From positions 103,517-167,516 of the forward strand of contig JACQHJ010000003.1 of assembly GCA_016199085.1 (NCBI GenBank): 64,000 nt of DNA, in the 5' to 3' direction. The first letter of the stretch is position 1. The number at the start of each line of letters is the position of its first letter. Below, in pieces: positions 1-9,732 of the stretch. Source of the stretch: Candidatus Levyibacteriota bacterium. GTDB lineage: Bacteria > Patescibacteriota > Microgenomatia > Levybacterales > UBA12049. The translations under genes and the position numbers were made by a program. The notes beneath the pieces were generated by a model that saw nothing but the letters and a program-made list of their open reading frames with translations, was not told the origin of the DNA and ran no database searches.

Positions 1-748
1 TATTTTTGATATTTAGAAAATTGTGCCTTATCTCAAAAGCGATAAATAATGACCAGCCTATTAAAAATCCGACAAAAACAACCAGATAGTTTTTAGCAAG
101 ATCTACAAAAGCTTTGTTTAATTTAGATTTATAAAGCACTGCAAATAACATATAGAAAAATATGACCGCTCCCAAAAAAAGCGCCAGATAATGAAGTTGC
201 ATTGCTATCCCTAAAAGAATTCCTGCAAGAAAGAAAAGCTTAAGGCTACTTCTTTTTATAGCTTCGTAAATTACAAATAGAGAAAGAAGCGAGAAAAACG
301 GGAAAGGATTAGGATTCCAGGAAGATCTTGAATAAGAAGCAATTAAGGGTGAAATTGCATATAAAGCGGATGCAAAGACCGCAATACGTTTATTAAAAAA
401 TATTGAGCTGACTTTATAGACAAGAAAAACTGTTGCTATACCAAATAATGCAACCATGACTGCAGGGCCTACCGGATCGTAGTTAAAAATCCACAGGAAT
501 GGAGCCATAAAATAGTAATAGATGGAGCCAAGGAAAAATCCTCCAACCGATGACGTAGGACCTAGAAGAGTCAGTTCTCCGTGTAGTATTTCATAGACTT
601 TTAAGACGTCTCTTCCCTCATCTCCCAAAAAAGTCATGTAATCTGCTATTTTATAAAGCCTGAAAAAAGAGGCCAACAATAGTATTGCGATTAACAAAAG
701 ATTATCTTTAGTGAAAAAAGATTTTAAAATCTTTTTAATGTTGTTCAT
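1..748 (-). CDS. GT-C fold membrane glycosyltransferase (ArnT/PMT-like, GT39/GT83), 3' end runs off the window
   Basis: Not in ORF track. ATG at 748 overlaps the upstream gene's TGA (ATGA). My translation MNNIKKILKSFFTKDNLLLIAILLLASFFRLYKIADYMTFLGDEGRD...GPTSSVGGFFLGSIYYY...SRSSWNPN stays open to base 1, is multi-TM, and has a DE motif after TM1. Confidence 0.85.
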   Translation of the reverse strand, partial: MNNIKKILKSFFTKDNLLLIAILLLASFFRLYKIADYMTFLGDEGRDVLKVYEILHGELTLLGPTSSVGGFFLGSIYYYFMAPFLWIFNYDPVGPAVMVALFGIATVFLVYKVSSIFFNKRIAVFASALYAISPLIASYSRSSWNPNPFPFFSLLSLFVIYEAIKRSSLKLFFLAGILLGIAMQLHYLALFLGAVIFFYMLFAVLYKSKLNKAFVDLAKNYLVVFVGFLIGWSLFIAFEIRHNFLNIKN

Positions 749-1872
749 TGATGAGGTTTTTTTCGCCAAATAACAAATCTATACATTGTGAAGTTATAAA
801 TCAAAAGCACTCCTGTTGCCAAGACAAAATAGACATACGGCAGGGGAAATTCTCTACCAAATAATATTTCTCCTAGCTGGATAAGTCCTGACTGGATAAA
901 AAATACACCTGTATTGGAAGTTGCGAAAAAAGCTGCCATTTTCTTAAAATACGATCCCGCGGTTCCTGACTTTTCTTTTTTAAAAGTCCAGAGATTATTT
1001 AAATTATAGTTTGAAAAAATAGCAAGCTGGGCTGATAACTGGTTTGAAACGCCAAGAGGAAGAGTTGAACCTACCAACACTCTGTAAACAATAAGTTGTA
1101 GTAAAAATCCAATGCCTCCAACAATTAAAAACTTGCCAAACGATCCGTGGATCAGCCTTACGGTAATAACAAATACGAGCGTTCTTATAATAGTTTCTAT
1201 TCCCGGTATTTTTGATTTACCCTTTGTTCTATCTTTTGCGTTAAATGGAACTTCAGTAACCTTAAATCCGTCTAAGACTGCGTTATATAAAAATCCTACC
1301 TGGAAAGTGTAACCAGTGAATTTATCAAGCTTTGCACGCTCTTTCAAAAACACTTCTTTTTTAATAGCCCTGTATCCCCCTGTCCAGTCATCAATTCCCT
1401 TTCTTCCGAATAAAAGCCTGATAAACATATTGCCGTAAACCGACATTATCTTTCTGTGCACTCCCCAATCCTCTGGAATTGATCCTCCCTGGCTGTAGCG
1501 AGTACCGACTACAAAATCAAAACCTTCGTCAATTTTTTCTAAAAATGCAGGGATTTTTGCAGGATCGTGGAAAAGATCGGCATCCATTTCAAACATGACG
1601 TCTGCATTCATTTTTTCAACTGCATAAGTCATTCCCCGAATATACGCTGCCCCCAAACCGTTTTTCTCTCCTTCGTTTATATCGATATTGTCATACTTTT
1701 TCATTAAATCCCTTACAATATCACCTGTTCCATCAGGAGATGAATCATCGGCTACAAGAATAGACATTTTGTGATTAGTAATTTTAGGGAAAATTTCCTG
1801 TTCCAAGATATCAATCAAGCGCTCGATATTCCCTTTCTCATTATATGTGGGCACAACAATAACTACATTCAT
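745..1872 (-). CDS. Polyprenol-phosphate glycosyltransferase (DPM1-like GT2) fused to GtrA-like membrane domain
   Basis: VVPTYNE, DDSSPDGT, MDADLFH and GGYRA motifs; C-terminal KFLIVGGIG...SNYNLNNLWTF GtrA-like TM helices. Confidence 0.85.
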   Translation of the reverse strand: MNVVIVVPTYNEKGNIERLIDILEQEIFPKITNHKMSILVADDSSPDGTGDIVRDLMKKYDNIDINEGEKNGLGAAYIRGMTYAVEKMNADVMFEMDADLFHDPAKIPAFLEKIDEGFDFVVGTRYSQGGSIPEDWGVHRKIMSVYGNMFIRLLFGRKGIDDWTGGYRAIKKEVFLKERAKLDKFTGYTFQVGFLYNAVLDGFKVTEVPFNAKDRTKGKSKIPGIETIIRTLVFVITVRLIHGSFGKFLIVGGIGFLLQLIVYRVLVGSTLPLGVSNQLSAQLAIFSNYNLNNLWTFKKEKSGTAGSYFKKMAAFFATSNTGVFFIQSGLIQLGEILFGREFPLPYVYFVLATGVLLIYNFTMYRFVIWRKKPHQ

Positions 1873-1889
1873 CAGCTTAGTTAATTAAA

Positions 1890-2843
1890 TCACAAACTCC
1901 TGAAATATTCTATGGTTCTTTGCAGTCCGTCTTCCAGCTTAATGCGCGGCTCCCAATCCAAAAGTCTTTTTGCTTTTGAGACATCGGGTTTTCTTTTATG
2001 AGGATCATCAATGGGAAGACTCTCCGAAAGGACAATCTCTGAGTCTGAATTAGTAAGTTTTTTTATTAAATTGGCATATTCAAGGACGCTTAATTCCTCA
2101 GGAGATCCAAGGTTGACAATCTCACCTTTTGTATCGGGGCTAAACATAAGTTTTATTAAACCCTCTACCAAATCCTCTACAAAACACAGTGACCTTGTCT
2201 GGTTTCCGTCACCAAAAACAGTTAGAGGTCTTTTCTCCAAAGCTTGCGTTATAAATTCAACGATCATTCTTTTGTCTTCTTTCATCATTCCCGGTCCGTA
2301 AGTATTGAAAATCCTGGCAATTCTTGCGTCAACATTTTTGCTTCTGACAAAATACGCAACTATTGTCTCTCCGAATCTTTTTGATTCGTCATAGACAGAG
2401 CGCGGACCCGTCGTTGAAGTATTTCCCCTATATTCCTCCGTTTGCGGATGCTCTAAGGGATCTCCGTATATTTCAGAGCTTGAAGTAAATAAAAACTTTG
2501 CATTTTGTTTTTGACTAAATTCCAAAAGCCTCATCGTCCCTGTAGTATTGGCAAGCATGGTCTCCAAAGGAAGAGCGTGGTAGCTTATTTTACTATGATG
2601 ATTGGGCGATGCGGGAGATGCAAGGTGGAAAACAAAGTTAGCTTTAATCTTGTCTGGAAGCGGCTTTGTAATATCTCTGTTTATAAAAGAAAAGTTAGGA
2701 TTTTTCTCTAAATCTTTAATTTTGCCTTTAGAGCTGCTTATAAAGTTATCTATAGAGATTACTTTTAGATTTTTATCAAGAAGTGCTTTACAAAGATGTG
2801 CCCCGATAAAACCAGCTCCACCCGCTACTAAACAAGTATCCAT
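1890..2843 (-). CDS. uxs: UDP-glucuronate decarboxylase (UDP-xylose synthase)-like SDR
   Basis: GGAGFIG, HLASPASP, SSEIYGDP, GPRSVYDESKR, RIFNTYGP, DDPHKRKPD. Confidence 0.85.
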   Translation of the reverse strand: MDTCLVAGGAGFIGAHLCKALLDKNLKVISIDNFISSSKGKIKDLEKNPNFSFINRDITKPLPDKIKANFVFHLASPASPNHHSKISYHALPLETMLANTTGTMRLLEFSQKQNAKFLFTSSSEIYGDPLEHPQTEEYRGNTSTTGPRSVYDESKRFGETIVAYFVRSKNVDARIARIFNTYGPGMMKEDKRMIVEFITQALEKRPLTVFGDGNQTRSLCFVEDLVEGLIKLMFSPDTKGEIVNLGSPEELSVLEYANLIKKLTNSDSEIVLSESLPIDDPHKRKPDVSKAKRLLDWEPRIKLEDGLQRTIEYFRSL

Positions 2844-2924
2844 AATTTCTACACTTAATTGTAGCCTAAAACCGCCCTTGTGAAAAGCATGAGTTTTTGG
2901 TAAAGTAATATTTGAACTTAATTT

Positions 2925-3935
2925 ATGTCTAAAAAAGCATTAATTATAGGCGTTTCTTCCCAGGACGGTTCATACCTGGCCGAACTGCTCCTTAGTAAAG
3001 GCTACGAGGTCACAGGAACCGTAAGACACACTACAAACTTCTACCAGGAAAACATCACTCACCTCTACGGAAAGATAGGAATTGAAGCTGCGGATTTAAT
3101 TGATCTTGAAAGCCTTGCCAATGCCGTCAGAAAAAGTAAACCCGATGAAGTCTATAATATTGCCGCACAAAGTATCCCTGCAGACAGCTGGACTCATCCT
3201 TTCTATACGGGTGAGGTAACAGCTTTGGGTGCCGTACGGGCAATGGAGGCAGTCAGGCACTTTGCTCCTGGTGCCAAATTCTATCAGGCAACGAGTAGGG
3301 AAATTTACGGCAATATCCAAGCTGAAGCTGCAACAGAAGACCTTTTGTGCGATGCCAATAACCCATACGGCATAGCCAAGGCCTATGCTCACATGATGGC
3401 ACGCTGCTATAGAGAATCTTTCGGTATGTTTGTCTGTGGAGGAATCCTCTTTAACCACGAAAGTCCAAGAAGAAGCTTGCATTTTGTAACCAGGAAAATA
3501 TCGGCTGCTGCAGCTTGTATTAAAAATGGAGTCAAAAATCCGCCCCTAAATGAGCTTGGAGAACCGTTGGTTGATAAAAATGGCAAGCTCCACCTTGGTA
3601 ACCTGGATTCAAAAAGAGACTGGGGCTATGCAAAGGAATATGTAGAGGCAATGTGGCTTATCGTCCAAAATTCTACTCCCAAAGATTATGTGATAGGAAC
3701 AAACAAGACATATTCCGTAAGAGAGGCATGTAAGATTGCCTTTGACCATGTTGGTCTTAACTGGGAAGATCACGTTGTCTCAAATGAAAAGCTACTTAGA
3801 CCTACCGAGATTAAGGAGCTAAAAGGAGATTATTCTCTTGCTAAAAAAGAGCTTGGATGGGAACCAAAGACCTCATTTGAGCAACTTATGAAAATAATGG
3901 TAGAAGCAGATCTCGAGAGATTTAAAATCCACTAA
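2925..3935 (+). CDS. gmd: GDP-mannose 4,6-dehydratase
   Basis: QDGSYLAELLL, PYGIAK, GILFNHESPRR, FVTRKI, LGNLDSKRDWGYA. Confidence 0.92.
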   Translation: MSKKALIIGVSSQDGSYLAELLLSKGYEVTGTVRHTTNFYQENITHLYGKIGIEAADLIDLESLANAVRKSKPDEVYNIAAQSIPADSWTHPFYTGEVTALGAVRAMEAVRHFAPGAKFYQATSREIYGNIQAEAATEDLLCDANNPYGIAKAYAHMMARCYRESFGMFVCGGILFNHESPRRSLHFVTRKISAAAACIKNGVKNPPLNELGEPLVDKNGKLHLGNLDSKRDWGYAKEYVEAMWLIVQNSTPKDYVIGTNKTYSVREACKIAFDHVGLNWEDHVVSNEKLLRPTEIKELKGDYSLAKKELGWEPKTSFEQLMKIMVEADLERFKIH

Positions 3936-4888
3936 GAGGTTTGTCTCCAGTATTCAAGAATTTCCTTTAAGGTAGCATCCAATGGAATTTGCGGTTTCCA
4001 GCCTGTTAGAGAATTAATTTTTGTATTGTCACATAAAAGCTCTGGGTTATCGCTTGGACGAAGAAGGGCTGGGTCTACTTCAACCTTAATTTTGGAATCT
4101 GAAAAAGAGAGTAAAATATTTAAGACATCTGACATCTTGTATGATCTTCCAGAACCTATGTTATAAACCTCTCCCGAAATACCTTTTTCCATTAAAAGAA
4201 CATAAGCCTGCATCATATCTTTCACGTCTGTAAAGTCCCTTTTGGACTCAAGGTTTCCGACCGTAAGAACAGGTTCTCTTTTGCCTTTTTCGATTTCTGC
4301 AATTTTTTTGGCAAAAGCGCTCGTTGCAAACTGGTCTGTCTGACCGGGACCGATATGATTAAAAGGTCTGACTCTAACAATATCCATTGAATAAGCCATA
4401 AAATACTGAAGGCCTATAAAATCTTGGGTAAGTTTTGAAACTGCATAAGGACTAATTGGTCTTAACGCCGTATCTTCATCAATGGGAAGATCTTTTGCAT
4501 CCACTTTTCCGTAGACTTCTGCCGATGAAATAATCATAATCCTTGGTTTAAGATCCAAGCTTCTGACTGCTTCCAAAAGATTTAATTGGGAATTGATATT
4601 ATTGGTCATAACCACGCTTGGCTCGCTAAAACTTTGGGCAGAAGACGCTATTGCTGCCAAGTGATAAATCTGATCAGGCTTAACTTTAGTTAAAACCTCC
4701 AGTACTGCCTTACTATCCATTAGATCAAGCTGGAAAAGGTTTAAATTATTCTTTATATCTTCTATTAAACTGAGGTTTTTCCCTAAGTGGTATGTTCCAG
4801 CCACCTCTCCCTTTTTAGACATGGTGAGGTTTCGGGCAAGATAACTACCCGCAAATCCACTAATCCCTGTAATAAGGATTTTTCTCAT
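3932..4888 (-). CDS. rmd: GDP-4-keto-6-deoxy-D-mannose reductase (GDP-D-rhamnose synthase)-like SDR
   Basis: ITGISGFAG, SSAEVYG, SPYAVSK, RPFNHIGPGQ, GNLESKRDFTDV; next to gmd. Confidence 0.75.
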   Translation of the reverse strand: MRKILITGISGFAGSYLARNLTMSKKGEVAGTYHLGKNLSLIEDIKNNLNLFQLDLMDSKAVLEVLTKVKPDQIYHLAAIASSAQSFSEPSVVMTNNINSQLNLLEAVRSLDLKPRIMIISSAEVYGKVDAKDLPIDEDTALRPISPYAVSKLTQDFIGLQYFMAYSMDIVRVRPFNHIGPGQTDQFATSAFAKKIAEIEKGKREPVLTVGNLESKRDFTDVKDMMQAYVLLMEKGISGEVYNIGSGRSYKMSDVLNILLSFSDSKIKVEVDPALLRPSDNPELLCDNTKINSLTGWKPQIPLDATLKEILEYWRQTS

Positions 4889-6180
4889 TATCTTCCAACT
4901 CCCTGATAGGTAATCTCGAGTCTTTTAACTTCCTGCGGATTATAAATGTTTCTTCCGTCAAGTATAACCGGTTTTTTCATTACCTCTTTTATTTTTGCAA
5001 GATCAAGCTGTTTAAATTCATTCCATTCTGTAAGAACTATTAAAAGATCAGCGTCTCTTGCAGCCGAATATGAATCTTCACAAAACTCTACACCTGAAAA
5101 GATTTTTTTGGCATTTTCCATTGCAACCGGATCATAGGCTTTTATTTTTGCGCCATCCTTTAAAAGAGCGTTGATTATGGGAATTGACGGAGCATCTCTC
5201 ATGTCATCGGTGTTAGGCTTAAATGACAGTCCCAAAACACCAATCGTTGCGCCTTTAACATTGTTTCCTAGAAGTTTTTTGGCTTTGACAACTATGTCAT
5301 CCATTGCATCTGAATTTATTTTATCCACGGCTTTTAAAAGTTCGAAGTCATAACCATAAGAGTCGGCAATTGAGATTAACGCTTTGACGTCTTTTGGGAA
5401 GCAGGAACCCCCAAAACCTGCGCCTGGGGAAAGGAACTGATTTCCGATTCTTGCGTCATAACCTATTCCTTCCAGCACCTTTAGTCCGTCAGCTTCTGAT
5501 GCCTCGCTAAGTTTTGCAATTGCGTTTGAAAAAGATATTTTTGTAGCCAAAAATGCATTGGCAGCGTATTTAATCATCTCAGCTGTTTCAATATTTGTTA
5601 AAACATAATTTCCGTCAATTGGCTCGTGGAGTTCTACTAATAATTCCCGGGCTTTTTGGCTGTCTGTTCCGATGACTATTCTATCGGGATGCAACGTGTC
5701 TGATATTGCCTGACCTTCTCTTAAAAATTCAGGGACAGAGCCAAGGTCGTATTCGGCCTTTTGGGGTTTTACCTTTTCTATAATTTCCCGTGTCTTTTTA
5801 TTTGTTCCGACAGGCACTGTGCTTTTTGTGACAACAACCGTATATCCGTCAAGATTCTTACCTATCTTTTCGGCGACTTCAAAGACAACAGAAAGATCTG
5901 CTTCTCCATTTTGTTTTGGAGGAGTACCAACGGCAATGAAGACCACTTTTGAGGAAGGAATCGCCTGGTCATAATTAAGAGTAAACAAAAGCCTTCCTGC
6001 GTTAACATTTCTTTGGACGATTTCCGAAAGACCCGGTTCGTAGATTGGGATTATGCCTTTTTTAAGGTTTTCTATTTTTTCCTTGGTGTGTCCTATTACC
6101 CAGACAGTGTTTCCAAGATCTGCAAAAACAGCTGCTGTGACCAATCCCACATATCCGTGCCCTACAAAAGTTATTGTCAT
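4888..6180 (-). CDS. ugd: UDP-glucose 6-dehydrogenase
   Basis: GHGYVG, PIYEPGL, KSTVPVGT, PEFLREG, GFGGSCFPKD, FKPNTDDMR. Confidence 0.93.
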   Translation of the reverse strand: MTITFVGHGYVGLVTAAVFADLGNTVWVIGHTKEKIENLKKGIIPIYEPGLSEIVQRNVNAGRLLFTLNYDQAIPSSKVVFIAVGTPPKQNGEADLSVVFEVAEKIGKNLDGYTVVVTKSTVPVGTNKKTREIIEKVKPQKAEYDLGSVPEFLREGQAISDTLHPDRIVIGTDSQKARELLVELHEPIDGNYVLTNIETAEMIKYAANAFLATKISFSNAIAKLSEASEADGLKVLEGIGYDARIGNQFLSPGAGFGGSCFPKDVKALISIADSYGYDFELLKAVDKINSDAMDDIVVKAKKLLGNNVKGATIGVLGLSFKPNTDDMRDAPSIPIINALLKDGAKIKAYDPVAMENAKKIFSGVEFCEDSYSAARDADLLIVLTEWNEFKQLDLAKIKEVMKKPVILDGRNIYNPQEVKRLEITYQGVGR

Positions 6181-7046
6181 AAGTTTTCCTTTATAATAGA
6201 AAGTCCTTCTTCAAGTGTATGCATTACTACGCCAAGCCTTCTTATTTTAGCATTGTTCAAAGCTGATGAAAAGGGCTCAGGGGGACGACCCACTAAAAAT
6301 TCTTTTCTCGTAGTTTTAGATACCAAGCCCTGATCAAGATTGAATGTCTTTGCGATTAATAAAACCGCATCATACATACTTATGATTTGACTTCCGACGG
6401 CGTGATACACGCCCGTTTCGTCTTTTTCAATTAAAGTGTCTATTGCCAAACCCAGATCGTCGATAAAGGTGGGGGTAACCAATCTGTCTTCTAAAACTGC
6501 AATTGGTTTTTTCTCGGATAGCCAAGTTTTAAAAAATCTTACAAAATCCGGCTTTTCAAATGAAGCCCTGTATGGATATGCGAGCCTTATAATTAACCAA
6601 GGCGTTTGAAGTTGATTAACTATCTTTTCCGCCTCATATTTAGTTTTTGCATAGAAACTCAAAGGGTTTGGTACTGATCTTTCGCTAAAACCACCCACTG
6701 GCATATCGTCTCCTCCCAAAACCAAATCCGTTGAGAAATAAATTAATTTTTTACTTAGTTTACTGCAGGCTTTTGCGACATTGTCTGTTCCGACTACATT
6801 TATTTTCCAAGACTGGCTTTTTTCTCCCAAATCTCTCTCTTTCTCTGCCTGCTTTACATCGGTATAAGCAGCAAGATGCAAAACTATGTCTGCATCAAAA
6901 GAAGATATTGCTTTTAAGACAGAGTCGTAATCAGTAATATCAGCTCCTGTTGATCTGCTGATGTTTTCAAAAGTGTGTTTTTCTTTAAGAAGATCTACTA
7001 TTCTTGAGCCTATCAGGCCATTTAAGCCTGTTCCTAAAATTTTCAT
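6177..7046 (-). CDS. rmlD: dTDP-4-dehydrorhamnose reductase
   Basis: GLNGLIG, HLAAYTDV, FSTDLV, PLSFYAKTK, TPTFIDD. Confidence 0.85.
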   Translation of the reverse strand: MKILGTGLNGLIGSRIVDLLKEKHTFENISRSTGADITDYDSVLKAISSFDADIVLHLAAYTDVKQAEKERDLGEKSQSWKINVVGTDNVAKACSKLSKKLIYFSTDLVLGGDDMPVGGFSERSVPNPLSFYAKTKYEAEKIVNQLQTPWLIIRLAYPYRASFEKPDFVRFFKTWLSEKKPIAVLEDRLVTPTFIDDLGLAIDTLIEKDETGVYHAVGSQIISMYDAVLLIAKTFNLDQGLVSKTTRKEFLVGRPPEPFSSALNNAKIRRLGVVMHTLEEGLSIIKENL

Positions 7047-7067
7047 AAGAAAAAGTTTGGCAATACA

Positions 7068-8087
7068 CTAAAGACCGTCATTGCCAAATTGTTTAGCGTA
7101 GTAATCCTTAAATTCCCCTGATTTGATTTTCCTCCACCATTCTTCGTTTTCTCTGTACCAATCAATTGTAATCTTAAGACCGTCCTCAAAATTGTGTTTT
7201 GGTTCCCAACCAAGCTCTTTTCGTATCTTTGACCAGTCGATGTCATATCTGCGATCGTTTCCTGGCCTATCAGCGACCATTTGAATCAGATCCTCATCTT
7301 TACCCATTAAAGAAAGAATTTTTTTAACAGTATCAAGATTTGACATACCGCTTTTTAACCCTCCTACCAAATACGTCTCGCCTATTTTTCCTTTTTCCAA
7401 AATGAGTTCAATTGCCGATATATGGTCTTCGACAAATAACCAGTCCCTTTCATTTTTCCCGTCTCCATGAATTGGGATTTTTTTGTCCTCCAACGCATTA
7501 GTTATAGCAAGGGGAATAAGCTTTTCGGGATACATTGCGGGACCGAAATTATTCGAGCAGTTGCTGATTGTTATGGGAAGGTTATAGGTATAAAAATATG
7601 CCCTGACCAAGTGATCCGATCCTGCTTTTGTAGCAGAATAGGGACTTCTGGGATTGTATTTTGTTTCCTCGTTAAACTTATGATCTTTATCAAGTTCCAA
7701 TGTTCCGAAAACTTCATCTGTTGAAATATGATGGAATCTTTGAATTTTATGTTTTTTGGCAACTTCCAAAAGAGTATAGGTTCCAACCAAATTTGACTGG
7801 ATAAAAGGCCATGGATCCATGATCGATCTGTCAACGTGGGTTTCGGCTGCAAAATGGACAACAATGCCGACTCCGTTCATGATCTTTTCTACCAAGGGCA
7901 TGTCAGATATATCGCCTTTAACAAATTCATAATTGGGGCTGTCTATTACCTGCTGAAGATTTACAAGGCTTCCGGCATAAGTGAGGTTATCGAGGTTGAC
8001 AATATTGTCGTCGGGATGGTTTTTGATCCAATAGTTGATAAAGTGTGAGCCGATAAATCCTGCTCCGCCGGTGACCAAAAGCTTCAT
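7068..8087 (-). CDS. rmlB: dTDP-glucose 4,6-dehydratase
   Basis: GGAGFIGS, HFAAETHVDRS, HISTDEVFG, SPYSATKA, PEKLIP. Confidence 0.95.
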   Translation of the reverse strand: MKLLVTGGAGFIGSHFINYWIKNHPDDNIVNLDNLTYAGSLVNLQQVIDSPNYEFVKGDISDMPLVEKIMNGVGIVVHFAAETHVDRSIMDPWPFIQSNLVGTYTLLEVAKKHKIQRFHHISTDEVFGTLELDKDHKFNEETKYNPRSPYSATKAGSDHLVRAYFYTYNLPITISNCSNNFGPAMYPEKLIPLAITNALEDKKIPIHGDGKNERDWLFVEDHISAIELILEKGKIGETYLVGGLKSGMSNLDTVKKILSLMGKDEDLIQMVADRPGNDRRYDIDWSKIRKELGWEPKHNFEDGLKITIDWYRENEEWWRKIKSGEFKDYYAKQFGNDGL

Positions 8088-8153
8088 ATTTGTCTTTTAA
8101 TCTTAACATGTCTTGTTTGTAAACTCAACTTAGATTGTGCTATATTAGCCTAT

Positions 8154-8783
8154 ATGGACACAAAATATAAGCTTGCTCTTTCCCCTTCCGATCCAGGTTT
8201 TCCAGAGATGATAGAAACGACAGAAATTCCAGGTCTTTTAATTTACAAAAGAGAAACACACGAAGACGAAAGAGGTTTTTTCCATGAAATAGTAGAGCTT
8301 AGAGACCTTGAAAAAGTTTTAGGAAAAAAAATAAGTGTTGTCCAAAGTAATCATGCAAGATCAAAACCCGGAGTTATCAGAGGATTCCACAGTGAGCCCT
8401 GGGAGAAAATCATTTACGTGGCAAAAGGCGAGGTTATGGCTGTAATCGTTGATTTTAGAATTGATTCTCCTGCTTTTGGAAAGGCTGTAAAGATTATGCT
8501 TGGAGACAAAAGCCGAAATACAATTTATCTTCCTTTGGGAATGGGAAATTCATTATGCGTAACAGGAAATGAGGATGCTGAATATCTCTATCTGATTACT
8601 AACTATTTTGAAGGAAAACCAACTCCAGCTGTTTATTACAAAGACCCTATGCTGACAAAACAATTTGGAGGATGGCCAGTAGAAAATCCGATAGTGAGCG
8701 CCAAAGATGAAAGTTATCCGACTCTTAAGGAAAAATTCGGGCAGGAGGTAGATTTTTCAAAATTCCCTTGGTTAAACGAATAA
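8154..8783 (+). CDS. rmlC: dTDP-4-dehydrorhamnose 3,5-epimerase
   Basis: DERGFF, QSNHARSKPGVIRGFH, VDFRIDSPAFGK, SAKD. Confidence 0.9.
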   Translation: MDTKYKLALSPSDPGFPEMIETTEIPGLLIYKRETHEDERGFFHEIVELRDLEKVLGKKISVVQSNHARSKPGVIRGFHSEPWEKIIYVAKGEVMAVIVDFRIDSPAFGKAVKIMLGDKSRNTIYLPLGMGNSLCVTGNEDAEYLYLITNYFEGKPTPAVYYKDPMLTKQFGGWPVENPIVSAKDESYPTLKEKFGQEVDFSKFPWLNE

Positions 8784-9728
8784 CTACTCTGAAACTTTTA
8801 ATCCCAAAGTCGTTCTTTTCTCTAAAAATCCTATTGCCTTATCGACAATCCAATAGATAATAAATGGATATTTGTTTTTATAGTTTTTCTTATAAAAAAT
8901 CCTCATGGCACTAAATCTTTCCTTTTGAAGTCTTTTTTTGGTTTCAATGTTTGCCGTTGTTAACTCTTGGGTCTTTTTCTTGATACCGCTTGAGGCTCCT
9001 CCGATATGCATAATATTTGAAGTTCCAGCATAATAAATTTTATATCCTAATTTTTTAATATCCAGACAAAATTGCAGATCCTCACCGTAGAAAAAATAGT
9101 CCTCATCCCACCAGCCGACTTTTTCTCCAACCTCTTTCGGCATCATCATAAATGCCCCCTCTATCGCATCTACTTCATGGATGCTGTCAAAATCTTCCCA
9201 ACCCCTAGTGTATCCTGCAAAAATTCTGCTTTTAGGAAACAGTCTTTGGAGTCCCGAGAAATAACAAAGCGCATTCCAAGGAGTCGGAAAACCCCTGTGG
9301 CAATTAAAATCAATCTCTCCGTCTTTATTTATCAGCTTACAAGAAACAGCTCCTACATTTGGATTTTTGTCAAGAAATGAAATCATTTTATTAAGTGTTT
9401 CCTTATAAACAATCGTATCCGGATTTAGAAACAAAACGTATTTTCCCTTTGTATAGGCAACTCCCTTGTTGTTACCCTTGGAAAAACCTAAGTTCCCCCC
9501 GTTATCTATTATCTGAAATGTTTTTATAGATGTAGTTTCTTTATATTTTTTAAAAAACTCCAAGCTGCCGTCGGTTGAGCTATTATCCGCTACGATTACC
9601 TCGTACTCTCCTGATTTAACTTCATCGGAATAGTTTTCTTCAATCGATTTAACCGCATCTAGGGTTATTTCCTTGGTGTTGTAGGTCAAAATTATTATTG
9701 AAAGGGTAGGTCTTAAGTCTTTTTGCAT
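8784..9728 (-). CDS. GT2 glycosyltransferase (WbbL/rhamnosyltransferase-like)
   Basis: DNSSTDGS, NLGFSKGNN, LFLNPD, GAFMM, DEDYFFYGED. Confidence 0.88.
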   Translation of the reverse strand: MQKDLRPTLSIIILTYNTKEITLDAVKSIEENYSDEVKSGEYEVIVADNSSTDGSLEFFKKYKETTSIKTFQIIDNGGNLGFSKGNNKGVAYTKGKYVLFLNPDTIVYKETLNKMISFLDKNPNVGAVSCKLINKDGEIDFNCHRGFPTPWNALCYFSGLQRLFPKSRIFAGYTRGWEDFDSIHEVDAIEGAFMMMPKEVGEKVGWWDEDYFFYGEDLQFCLDIKKLGYKIYYAGTSNIMHIGGASSGIKKKTQELTTANIETKKRLQKERFSAMRIFYKKNYKNKYPFIIYWIVDKAIGFLEKRTTLGLKVSE

Positions 9729-9732
9729 ATCA

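Noticed and set aside
7043-7246. 67-aa ORF between rmlB and rmlD
   Set aside because: It overlaps the rmlB 3' end in another frame and has no recognisable features.
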